A stretch of DNA of 64,000 nucleotides from Marsupella aquatica. Lineage: Eukaryota > Plantae > Marchantiophyta. Position numbers and translations under genes: made by a program. The stretch's first letter is position 1, and every line of letters begins with the position of its first letter. Positions 35,201 to 47,639 of the stretch are shown in pieces. The notes beneath the pieces were generated by a model. That model ran no database searches. It was given only the letters and a program-made list of their open reading frames with translations, and was not told where the DNA came from. Where the stretch lies: contig OZ316898.1 of the NCBI GenBank assembly GCA_973895155.1, positions 19,665,292 through 19,729,291 of the forward strand, in the 5' to 3' direction.

Positions 35201-37576
35201 GAAGTAGATTTGAGACGCAGACGATGGGTTGACTCCCTTGTTAATATGGCCAACCTGAATTCCACCACGGAACAGTGATAGTCATGCAGCCTTCTTTCAG
35301 TGAACCTCCACATACCACTTAATGCATGCAACGCTGAGTGGGTTTACTACCAAAGCATCGAATAAAACGATCGCGCAATCTCCAGCCCTTCCTACGTCAC
35401 GACTAGAATATTTACCTACAAAACTATAGATTCGCAGTCCGAAGCCGAACAAAACACGAGTTATTCATTGCAACAATACAAGAAATTGTTATTGTTTCCT
35501 TCAGGATTGTCTCCTTCAAGTTAGAGGGACGCTTTCGCTTACAATTTTGACGCCGTGCTTGTCAGCCCGGGTACCATAAACACAGGCAGTGGATATGATC
35601 ACAGAAATCAGCGGCGCAGTTGCTGCAATCCAGAAGAAAGCCTTCTTCTTCTTCGCCTGTCACGATACCAATCAGTCGTGAAAAGTCGGCATTTACGGCG
35701 CCACCATAACTATGTCCCTCTCGACTGATATACATGAAATCAAGCGGAGAAACTATCGGATACATGATCGACACGCAAACAAGCAACATCTTTAGCCGAT
35801 GCGAGACTCGGAACTACGGGTGAGACTTACGAGCAACTTCGCAAAGAGGAGAAATATGAGAAACGCAGTTGCAATCACAATCGTCCGCCAGTTCCACTGC
35901 AAATCAGAAGAAACACATTTAGTCATAAATACTGGCGAACGGAAGTAAAGATTTCTTTCGGGCAACAAAAGGACACTGACCTCAGCTGAAAAGAGCAACT
36001 CGTTGATCGAGCGATTACCTGGTGAGTGTTTAGCCACACGGAGCGCATGACCGAGACAATGTCCGTCTTGGTAGTAAAGTTCGATACTCCAGTGTAACCC
36101 TTCAGTTGCTGGAGACCAATTGTTATGGCGGCTCCAGCCATGAAGCCAATCACAGACGCATGAGAAAGGTAATTGATGATAAATCCAAGTCTGCACAGTC
36201 ATGAGTGCAATTGCACGTCAGGTAACAAGTCAACCGCAATAGTAATCGTGCCTAAGGCGTACTTATCTCAATGATTGCATGAAGTCCTGCAGCGACTGAG
36301 CTCCCGGCCCAGCCGCTCGTCAATGGAACAAGCAGTTGAGAAGAATCGATGTACCTGAAGAAGCCCAGGGCTGCTTGCACGACTCCGGCAAAAAAGGTGG
36401 CAGTGAATGCGAGCCGAAGAAACCTTGGATCAGTCGGATTCAGTTCACGTCTAAGCAGTGTGCCCAACAAGACGGAAACCACGGCCACTGGGCCGATAGC
36501 AATATCTCTTGAGCTTCCCATTACAGCGTATATCAGTGGTGGCACGAAGCTAGAATCTGCAAAGCGAAAAACCAAGGTAACAGTCAACATCTACTACTGA
36601 ATCTGTAGCGAATACCAGAGCAATCTGGACCCATTCATCACAAAAATCAAGAAAACGATATATTTGACTATGCATGCCCATTTGTGATTGCAACGCTAGC
36701 CCTGTTGAAATTAAATAGCACCAAGAATCTGCTAGAATTCTGAAGTTGACTTACATAAACCATTAACGGGAGGCAAGCTCGCCAGTTTTGCATAAGCGAG
36801 ATCCTACATAACCGAGAGAATGCATGACATTAGGCTGGGTCTGAAAGAACATCCCAAGTCTAGCATTTATCATACATGTAGTTTACTGTACATAGCATAC
36901 ATAGCACAAATAGAATCGAGCTTGGTAGACTCACTTTACTAGTAATACGTATTTATACCCTTTCATTTCCTAACGAGTCTTGCTGTCCAATAAGAGAAAC
37001 CTCATGTTGCGTTCACTACAACAGGGAAGAGCAGAGAACCAAGGAACGACGCCAATTACGTCGGCATCTGAGATCGATGCACCGTAGGTGTTGGAGTGGA
37101 CATGTCGGCCGTCGAGAAAATGGATTCAAGCTAAAATATGAGACATACTGAGAACATACAATCCAAAACATGCAAGAGATTAGCTCGGGAGTGTGTACCT
37201 GGGGAATGGCCAGACTTGCAATAGTCAAACCGGCTATTAAGTCTCCCCTCAACATATTAAGTTTGTAATTTGGTACCCATTCCAGAATTGGGAACACAAA
37301 CTGGAAACCTAAAATCCATTTCCTTCGTCTCGACTTGCCCTTAAATTGTCGGAAGGGATCATCAGGGAACATAGTCTCCTTGATCGTATTCAGAATCTGA
37401 CTGGGAACAGTCGGACGGGGTGGGTTACCAACTTTGTGTACCAAAGGCTTATCCTCAGGAGCTCCTTTGCTTCCATGGTCTGGATCATCGAACCTCTGAA
37501 AATCACCATCAGCCGAATGCACTCTGCGACCTGATTCCGAAACCAAACCTCCAGAGTGTTCAGGAGTGAAACTCAT
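32265..37576 (-). CDS. SULTR: Sulfate transporter (SulP/SLC26 with C-terminal STAS domain), 13 exons, ~680 aa
   Basis: Exons 37576-37199, 36803-36755, 36556-36355, 36190-36019, 35896-35831, 35656-35543, 35254-35138, 35017-34891, 34161-33875, 33309-33119, 32935-32850, 32637-32561 and 32441-32265 (2043 nt, in frame). Motifs [55 protein letters not shown], and [14 protein letters not shown] / [12 protein letters not shown]. Confidence 0.96.
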
Positions 37577-39015
37577 TTTGACAACTTAGCGTCTGCCACA
37601 ACAACGAGTCATACATTGTTAGCGACAGACCAGAATACTTGGGAACTGCTAAGGTTGTGCAATGTCTCTAGATATTCGCTCAGGTCCTCGTCCCATGCAT
37701 AGCTGTCTATCCTTACGTTGGGGACTACTACTGACCAGTACAAGCTTTGGACTAAAAAAACCTGCAGGGTCACCTGCAGTAGTTCTCCTTACGCAAGAAG
37801 TTCAGTCTCATAGTGAAAGTTCATTCCTGATATTGTAATCGATCCCCTTGGAAGGAATGTGCATCAGCAATTGTCTTCAATAAGCTAAGGGCATCGATGT
37901 CCATTTTTCGACTTCTGCTGCAACGTGAATCTCCAACGTAGTCAACGGAAAACCTAACCCTCTTGGAGTATAGCATCGGTTGATCGTATATTGGATGGAT
38001 TCTTCTACCGCGGTACTTGTGGGAGGGGTACAAAGCTACAATAGAAGCTACGAGAGAAGCTACCCATACTGATCGACTACTACCCCTTCAAATAGTCATC
38101 TCGATGTTAAAGCACGAGATGTAACAGGAATTTGGTCATCGACATGAACCGCATGCAACGAAAACCACGTGTGCATCGCTGCCGTAGCTCGGCCGACTTC
38201 TCCAGATTTTCAGTGTATGCTTAGGGATCCGACGTACCTTCGGTAACTCGTACTCGAATCCTCCGTTGAAGCCAGTCCGTCTTCCCAAGTTTTACTTGTA
38301 CGAGTCCAAAATCATGGGAGCCTGGTTTCTCTTCCAGACAGGCCCCTCGCCTCAAATGAGACCACTAGTCGGTTGGACTAAACATACCGTAACGAATGTT
38401 CCAGCTCTTGTTTCCCTGGTTCCGCCCTCCCAATTCAACGAGGCAATCAGGTGGCCAGGCTCGAACAATGGACCACAACCTCGTGCACCTTCGAGTGAAC
38501 CTTCACTGCAGGCTTCCGAGACTCGTCTGCACATTTATATGTAGCCACTTTGACCTTCAGTCGGTCTCGATGAGATGGCTCGATCGCCGAAAAACCCGGG
38601 AAAAGGCAACGCCCAGCAGCTTTCTCACGCTACTTGATGTAATACTCATTTGACTCAAGTCAAGAATTCCACATCGCCAGGAAAACCCGGTTCATCATTT
38701 CCAAAAGTGCAGTAATTCATAGCAGGCTCTTCATATGACTAGATACAGAGCACTTCGTGGAATGCAAGTGCAGCAACAGTACTCTCTACAGTCTGTGCAA
38801 CAGGCCAGATGAGCTGAATGGATGAGTCGAAATCGATCCCGAGCAACCATCGGTGGGAAACGTATCCCCTAAACGACAACCTCAGAACGACCATTGCCGT
38901 GTGCGATCCACCGAGCCGTCTGTCCATCCAACCATTTACAGAAGACCACACAGCCAGATTTATAATACAAACAGCGCGACTTCGCGAACTTCCACGAATG
39001 CAACAAAAGAGCTAC

Positions 39016-40645
39016 TGTTGAGTTGACAGGTACAGATATCGACCACATACGTGCACCAAGGATTGAAGGGCAAGGCCATAACCTAATTGGGGAGACAATT
39101 CGCTAAAAATCAGGGAAAGCACACACAACCGGACAGCAGAAATACCGATCCAAACAGGTCAACACACAAACGCTCAGGACTGAAGCTTCCTCCGCATTTT
39201 CTTACACCTTTCTCCCTAGAGTTAGGATATAATTCACTTAGCTTGCCAGCTGACTCTAACACAACTTACAACCAGGAATCAAACGGTTCACTTCTTTACA
39301 GCCTTCGCCCTAATTCAAACGACTATCCACTTACATTATATATGGACTACCGCTTACACTAGACTAGTAAACGAATCACGATTAAGCCCTTTCAACACCC
39401 TGCTTTCTAATTTAGATGGCAATCCAATTCAGCAAGAAAAATACACGCCCTTCAATCCCTGCTTTCTAATCTAGAGGACAATCCAATTCAGCAAGAAACA
39501 AACACGCCCTTTCAACACCCTGCTTTCTAATTTAGGGGACAGTCCAATTCAGCAGGAAAGATACACACGGACAAGCAGGCTTGAGGCATGTAGCGCTGGT
39601 TTGGGTTCACCTCTCTTGAGAAACAATCAAATTCACAGGTAGTGTAAAGACGCTTACATGTTTGCATCATTACACTCTACAGCACCCTAAATCCTCATTC
39701 ATCCAGAGCTCCAGCCCGGGATTAGCGGAATTTAGTCAAGCTGAGGACACGACGCATCTGCCCGATATTCCCGGAGCCAAATGTCGAGTACGATGCCAAC
39801 GATTTTATTCTGAAATTGTGATGAGTGATAACCTTTCGAGTTCCGCCCGTCCCTCGCTCTCTCTGAGTCTCTCTGGTCCCTCCCGGGCTGCCTCGATCGA
39901 TCGAGAGCAGCTTTCTCTGTCGCGTTCGCGGAGATTCCCAATCACGCCGCACAGGAGAAAGAGAGGGAGGAAGGGACCAGAGAGAGAGCGCGAGAGGCGC
40001 CATGGATGACGAGGACTCGAGCAGAGGAGAGGAGATTAGGGAGAGGAGAGGAGAAAGCTCGACGAAGGAAACCAGAGACAAGAGAGAAAACCAAAAGTTC
40101 CGCCGAGTTTCGCGCTATAGATTGTATAGAATGTGGCAAGGCCGAATTCGGGGCCAGGTGCAATGTATCTACCCTTTCCAAAAAAGAAAGGATACGTGGG
40201 CCCACACATCCCCTCTCCCGCCGGATACGCTGCGCTGTTGTCGTATGGATGCCTCTGATGAGAATGATAATAATGATATCACAACTCGTGAGCTACGACT
40301 ACCTATATATAGGGAACCCTGGATAAGCGCAATGGTAATAAGTGCAGGCCGCCGGTGTAGTCCTCTATAGTTGAAGTGATTTACTTTGAGAATGGAGTAA
40401 AAAATGCAGGTTGCATGAGTGGAGGGTGACACTCAATAATGACAAGATAGCACTAAAAGACATTGTAGGAGTGTATTTTGTAAATGTACACATGCTTTTA
40501 TTAGTTAATTTCAGTTATAAGGGTACACATGCTATAAGTGCAGCAAACAAGAAACTAAAATAGTCCATACATTTCCCAGTTAGTCCATACATTTGTCCAT
40601 CCTAGCTAGGGGTTTGAGTAATCCAATGTGTGTGAACTGACAACA
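39016..40645. mobile_element. Probable large solo LTR (~1.63 kb) upstream of SULTR
   Basis: Starts TGTTG and ends CAACA. A 4-bp direct repeat CTAC flanks both sides (39012-39015, 40646-40649). Contains an internal 3x ~59-bp tandem, a GA-rich tract and CCTATATATAGG at about 40302. Confidence 0.6.
39386..39565. repeat. ~59-bp tandem repeat x3 inside the putative LTR
   Basis: GCCCTTTCAACACCCTGCTTTCTAATTTAG...CAATCCAATTCAGCAAGAAA..ACAC units. Confidence 0.9.
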
Positions 40646-41235
40646 CTACGTGAAAGTGCACAAGCAATTTCCCATGCACTGATTCGATAGTACAGAGGGT
40701 GCAAATATAGGGTCAACACTTGGACACAGTTCACTGTACTGTGTGGTAATGCTCTAGACGCTATCCACACCCAATCCTACTTGGAGGAAATTTTTTGGTG
40801 GGACACGTTTCATAGTGACAGGGTGAAACCCTTCCGACCCTTTCTTACAAAACGTGCATAGTAAGGCCCTGAAATCGGGAAAAAGATTCTCAGCAAAAAG
40901 GGCCAAATCCTAGACACGAGATCACAATGTAGGAAACCCAGAAAGAGTAGAAAACAAGGGAAACCCATCAGAAGACCACAAAGTCAAAACGACCAAAGAC
41001 CAAAACGACCAAGAACCAAGGGTGTTGAAGCCAGTAATTCTGGTGTAACATAAGTGATAAGCAATTGTAGGATCTCAATCCGAACCTGTTGGGCTGGACA
41101 GGATTTCAATTTGCCCACTTGTGTTATGCCAGATGATATATACAGTGTAACCACATCATTCCATACCATGATAAATTATTTTCTTTAAATCAATGAGTGC
41201 ATAGAGCATATTAACACATTTTGATGTGTGATACT

Positions 41236-41437
41236 GGCAGGGCAAATATAGCATGCAGAATTATAGTTTTCAAACTTACTTGGTAATGAACCAAATGTAA
41301 CTCTAATGTGTCTAAGTACGTATAAATGAATGTGGTCAGGCAGGGCAAATATAGCATGCAGAATTATAGTTTTCAAAACCAAATGTAACCCAAATGCACT
41401 CTAATGTGTCTAAGTATGTATAAATGAATGCGGTCAA
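41236..41437. repeat. ~103-bp tandem duplication
   Basis: GGCAGGGCAAATATAGCATGCAGAATTATAGTTTTCAAA...CTCTAATGTGTCTAAGTAYGTATAAATGAATGYGGTCA x2. Confidence 0.85.
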
Positions 41438-41803
41438 GTGCAAGTCTTAAAACTTTACGGGACTTTGTGTGTATTTTCATCTTCTTGCAGTTTTCATGAG
41501 TGGCAGTCATGTTCACTAGACAATGATATGTAAGTGTATAATTACAATTTTCCCACAAGTGCAGGACATCTTTCTAGTAGCAGCCATCCTCTAGGCAGCA
41601 ATATGACGCTACTTGGAAGCCAGAGTGTCTAAGGCCTTCGGTTTGCACTCGTGTACTGTTTGATTATATATCAAAGTGCCAAAAAGCAAAAATGTCAAAC
41701 CAGGATTCGAAAGGCAAAACAACCCAATAAAGAGAAAGAAACAGAAGAGAGGAGGGCCCCAAGAAGAGCCAAGAGACCAAACAAGGCAAGGAGTTCCCAT
41801 GCC

Positions 41804-41929
41804 TTTCCCTTTATCTTCCTTCCTTGAGTTTGCATTCATGTACTATTTGACGCTTTTCCCTTCATCTTCTTCCTTCCTTGAGTTTGCACTCATGTACTAT
41901 TTGACGCTTTTCCCTTCATCTTCTTCCTT
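41804..41929. repeat. ~54-bp tandem duplication
   Basis: TCCTTCCTTGAGTTTGCAYTCATGTACTATTTGACGCTTTTCCCTTCATCTTCT x2. Confidence 0.85.
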
Positions 41930-44709
41930 TTTAATGATTGCTTTGCTTTTCTTTTTTCCTTGTTTAACTGTTGTCCTCTTTGGACCTCTTTTTCTTTCCT
42001 TCTCTCTAGAAGTGCAAAGTCTTATGTGTTTGCACTTATAACAAAGTATCTAGAAGTGCAAAGTCTTGTGTTTGCATTTATAACAAAGTGTCTACAGTAG
42101 AGGTGCAAAAAACTTCTCACTGAAAGCACAGTGTCCATCAGTGAGTGCAAGATCAAGTGGGTTGCACTTATGACGTAGTGCAAACCGTGCATAAGCGCAA
42201 GACGAGGCTTTCTTCCCAAGCCCTTGCACTTATACGTGCTACACTGTACGCTACTAAATATCAAATCTCCTGCGAACAATATCCATCCACGGTGGCCATG
42301 TTTGTCTCTAGCCTTGGCTCTCACGAAGCAGTCAGCCCCCACGGAGGGGCAAATTGCGTACCGGATAACCTTCTCACGTGTTCGCCTTTGCGGCCCCAAA
42401 GCACACGGGTTGAGTCCCCGTCTACGGAGAGCGGACATGGACTCGCCCCCTCGGCCCTCGCCTAGCCATTGGCTCCCTGGGTGAGTACACTACTGCGTGC
42501 CCTCCATCTGGACTTTACTGTAGTTAGTGACTAACCCTGGTTCGCAGTTAGGGACATCGTTTTTTAATATTGGAAATTTTGGTCAATTTCTCCCCTCCAA
42601 ACATTGCTCGGGCTACTTTAAAGGGGAGGTTTTCTGGTATGTTTACTCCCCGTAATTTGGGAAGGGACCGTATTGGCAACAGCCCATTTAGTTTTTCTGT
42701 AGGGAGCTGTGGCTACGGGAGTGAACCATCTGGCAGAGTAAGGGTCATCTTGCATCTGTAAGGTATTTTGTTTTCCTGCCCTCAAGTGAACCCCTGTCAC
42801 TTCAAAAGGCTCCAACAGTAAGACAGTCCTGACCTCATATTTTGTGGGGAAGCAAGGGCAAGGGCCAAAAAATTTCAGGCCCTTGAGGTCCCAAACTTTC
42901 AAAAGAGAAAAATATAACAAAATTGCAGCTGGTACAACTGAATGGGTGTGTCAGATGAATAGCATTCTTTGATTGAATTTAGATTCAGTTTACACTTTTT
43001 CCCTACATTTGTGGGTTGGTGAGGGCCGCTTTTTTTAGTACTCTTGCACATTCAAGACAGCCCTAAGAGTTTTCATAATACAGATTAGGCAACAATTCAA
43101 AAATGAACCATGGATGAAGATTTGGCAAGTATTATAGGGACTTTGAAAGTATCATGCAAACTAGCCATTTAGGACTTGCTTTGTAAATTTGTTATGGCCT
43201 AACCATGTCTAGAGTGTCACCATCATGTATGTGAATTTCAAGAAGGAGAGGTGAATTAAGGTGTGATAATCAAACTATGGAGTTGATAGGAAAAGGTGCA
43301 GAATTGGCAAAGTAAATTCTCTGGAGGGGAATTAAACATTGCCATGTGTCCAAAGATGCATCCTGCTACGAGGAGTTCTACTAAAAACAGGGCAGGATGG
43401 TTTTGGACATCCCCATTCCCTCAAGTAAGTGAGGAGGGGGCGGGAAGTGAGAAATTGTCAAAACGAAGAGTGAGGCCAATGGGAGGGAGTGGCGACTTCG
43501 CACCCTTGTCCCTCAAGAGCACTGGCGGCCATTTGAAACCCAATTTTGGCATTTTTGTTTTTCCTTTGTCCACAACTCGTGTGATCCAGTGAACGTACCA
43601 AAATGTATCGGCCCGGCAAACCGTCGCGTATAGTATTGGTCCGGAATACAGTCGCGTATCGCATCTGCGCCTACGATGGTACTAAATTATCGTACACCTC
43701 TGTACCGGGTGTCGGGAATCGCGGGTCTCGCTAGTGTGGCTAGCACCAGCCGGGTTGCCGGGCTATACAACCGTGCAACGGCTACGTGTGCGGTGATGAC
43801 CAGTCAGCCGCGCTGTCTGGGACTCTGGGTGTTTGCAGATTCTCGAAATTTTTCACTTTTATTGTCTGGACTCTGGAGATTCGATCGCGTACGGCGGTGT
43901 ATAAAGGTGCAAAATAGTCAACGAGTGCTGCAGCCAGGTGGCTGGAGAGGTGACTGGCGATACCCTGCCCCACGGCCTAAGCGAGTCCGTTCGTTTCCGA
44001 TCCAGGCTATCCATGCTCCCAAGCTAGATGACCCAGGATTCCAGGCTTTGTGTATGTCCCAAAAGTTTTTTCACAATAACTGGAAACTACGGTAGCCTGA
44101 TTACCCCTCCACCGTAAACAAGGATGACCTAAAAAGAAAATCCTTGCAGGAAAAAGGATTTTATGCTGTTTACTTGTCATTTGTGCTTGAACATAAATAA
44201 GGATGAAAAACTTGTAGGAAAAGGATATTGATAAAAGTCCTTTGCAGATTGATTTTGCAGATTGATTTTATGCTTTCCTATGCAGTTTTGAGAGATATAT
44301 TCAATGGACCTCCAATAGCAATTTCTTTTTACACTGACCAAAAGATGCTTATTTTTGCCTCGTGGACATCCAGGTTCACCAAAAGTACCATTTCATGTTA
44401 GATGTTCTTCTGAGGCAATGTGCAGTCAATACAATGAGAAAATGTCACTGTACAATGCACTATGTTCAATTGTTCGTCAGTTTCTGACCACGTCACCAAA
44501 TGCAGTAGACTACAACTATGGTGTCAAATGAACCAATGTATTGACATTATACACATTGACAACAATGCGTACACATACTGCATTGTCAAATGAACCACTC
44601 ACCGTCCAACTCTAAACCCCAACTACCCGTTCTTTGAACATGAATAGCGGAGAGAACAATAAAAATATCCCCAAATATATATATATATCCTTATGCATAG
44701 TCTTTGAAG

Positions 44710-45006
44710 GTTAATAAAATGATTAAAAAATATCATAGATGTCATTATTTTAATAATCATACATAAGATATGATATTCTTTTCTATGCACATCCCTCTTT
44801 CTTTGCACGTATGTTATGGTGGGGCCATAGAGCCCATTTTTTAGTTTAAATAAAACCCATGACAATGAGCATGCATGCCTATAGGTTGACATACATCATT
44901 TGTGTTTTCCCATCCACATGATGAGTCATGGAGTTAGTGTCTAGATGTTTCACTCTAGAAGCCTACGCCCCAAGTCTAGGTTGTAGTTGGCACTTTATAA
45001 GTAAGA
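44710..45006 (-). mobile_element. Helitron-like element 5' part, second copy of the 1.25-1.58 kb family
   Basis: A|TCTTACTTATAAAG on the minus strand at 45006, with motif similarity to 1250-1582. Left boundary approximate. Confidence 0.5.
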
Positions 45007-45567
45007 TGTTTGAGTCTTTTTCCTGTGCCGTGTCAATGAGAGGATACTAGGAAATAGTACTTCTTCTCCAAATTTCTTAAATTATTTTTTGATGGTCATA
45101 ACTCCCTATATTTAAAGATAATCATTAGATTCTGACAAATAAGGTATGTGACAGGATGGGAAATGGCTGATTAAGAGCATATTCAAGGGTGTACTTTATC
45201 AGTTTACTAGCCCAACTGTCCCTTCTTTGAACATGAATATAGGTGAGGACAAAACAGGGCATCTCTCATGCATTCCCCTGGTCGCCAGCTTCTCCTCCCC
45301 CCCCCCAGCTTGAATGCCAGCTCCCTAGCACCAGCTAACCTCAATGTCCTAGCTTGAATGTCAATGGTTGCACATTCAGCTACTTGCAACCCACTAGTTT
45401 AGAGACTTGCATTCAATCTTTAGTCATTGTGCATACTCACCCCACCACCCTTGTTGATTTCTACCCCACTCCAATTTTTGGTGGCCCCAAAGTCACAGTC
45501 TAAAGGCTTCACTCTATACCAGTAAGATTATGTCTATTAAATAGATATACACCTAATGAGCTTTTTG

Positions 45568-45569
<2 letters not shown>

Positions 45570-45606
<37 letters not shown>
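45570..45606. repeat. (AT)n microsatellite
   Basis: About 18 AT units. Confidence 0.97.
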
Positions 45607-45608
<2 letters not shown>

Positions 45609-47639
45609 TAAAGTGATATGCAAAAATGCAATCACAATGGTTATTAAGTTTTTTATTACCTCCTGAAATAGGCACGTGTGGATACTAACTATCATTCGAT
45701 ATTGGATAAGGTTTTTCCATTTTAGGTTATCTCCACGGGGCATTAAAAGCTTCTAGGACTATAGTCTCTACAGTAGATAAATTGGACAAAAGAATTTAAT
45801 TTCTTTACGCTAACTAAAGTTGTGAGGATCTTAAAAAATTAAAAGAACTTAAATAGCTTCTCTCATTCAATCTGATTTAAGAAGAAAATCAATCATTCCT
45901 TTATAGAGGACTTGGGATGATTTTTTATGAAGTCAACCCCCTTAAAGCGAAACTAAATTAGTTTTGGGTGTCTTGGTACTTTTGCCCTCTTCTACCTGCT
46001 CTTGGCCTTGCAAAGTGTTGACCCCAATTTTCTCCTCACAAGACACTTTTCTAGTACACAACTATTTAACTTCAAAGAGATTATGGGTCCCTTTCAAAAA
46101 AGTGGTGGCAGTTCATGTTTCTCTCATATAATGACTTTAGTTAGTGGCACTAAGCCACTCAAAACCAGATTAGGAATTAACACTTTGAGTGGTAATTGGA
46201 AAGCGTATGGTTGGCACTACCTTGAAATGTTTGTTTCTCACACTCTTTGGATTTCTTATTCCTGGGAAGAGAAAGTTTGGGGTTTATGTGTCGCTAGTGT
46301 ATTAAATTCTTTGGAGGCATTTTTTGGCCCCCATCACATAACTGAACTTTCAGTTCAGCCAAAACTGTCATTTTAATATAACGTAAATTTAATGATAAAA
46401 AATAACATTAACGTAACAAAAGTTTGGAACTTTCAAAAATAGGTGCATGTAGACCAATAGAAGGGTTCTGGAAAGAGGAAACTAAAAACCTACAGTAGCT
46501 AGGAGGGGGGGAAGCAATTTCAAAGTCCAATCATACCAAGGATGCACCTTGTTAAGGTGGGTTTAAGCTAATTTGAAACACGATAACATGTCAAAAATCT
46601 CAATTAGATGAATTAGAGAGACAGGATCCCACAGGCTAAAGCCCGGATCATGGGACTTGACTTAGACATCATTAGAGACTGTCTTGCTGGTAGCTAGGGC
46701 TGGAATAGACAAGATGTTTGTGCTTATGAACCAATCATGCATATTGATTGTGCTATAATGGTCAATCCACCTTTCACTGTTTTGTCTTAGTAAGAATTTT
46801 TGTCATATATTTTTACTTCAATATGCCATAACAAGGTGATCACTTGTATTATCCACATTTTAGATTACTTTGGCACCCCTCTAAGGTTTTTTTTATCTTC
46901 CTATGCTACGATAGCCCTCCTTCCCCACTACATTTAGTTTTCCATGCAATGCATTGGAACCCTTTAGCAGATTTTAAGGAATTTCTTGCAATTCTTGTGA
47001 ATGAGAGAGAGAAATGGTATTTTAAGAAGTGGACTCCTCTGCTGTAAGCCCTCCTCAAACGTTTATTTGCCAAGCTTATGGTTTTTATTCTCATTACCTA
47101 AGGCCTTGAGGGAGGATCTTTTGTACCTTTTGTGCACAAATTTTGACTGATTTGAGTGTCATTAAAACAAGTGTGAATAAACCTTTTGTGCTCAATTTTT
47201 CAAGATTTGTGCACTTCTACTTTTCCTGGTCATTATGTAACATGCACTTTTATTTGGCATGTGCTGTATTTTTAATACTCAATCCTATCCAATACTATGC
47301 AATAATCATTTACACATCACTACAAGACAAAAACTAAAGCGTGTTCCAGGATGAACATGCTATAATGAATTATCACCCAAAAGTTTAGGGATAGCCCGAG
47401 GCATTGGAATATAGAAGTTATCGGTGGTCAGTATGCCATGCAGATAGAGGGACATGCAGATAGAGGCAACTTGAACTAAGCAGTACAAGTGTTACAAGAA
47501 ATTCCCAATTAGCTCATGGAAAACACATTTACAGTCATCAGATAGTACAAAATAACAATTGACTATCTGACAAGTCATGGCTACTGTAAATGGAAAGATT
47601 TGTGTAAGCTCTAATTAAATAACCAATCCTGACTGTGGG

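Noticed and set aside
45537-45743. ORF with IYIYIY tract
   Set aside because: Translation of the (AT)n microsatellite.
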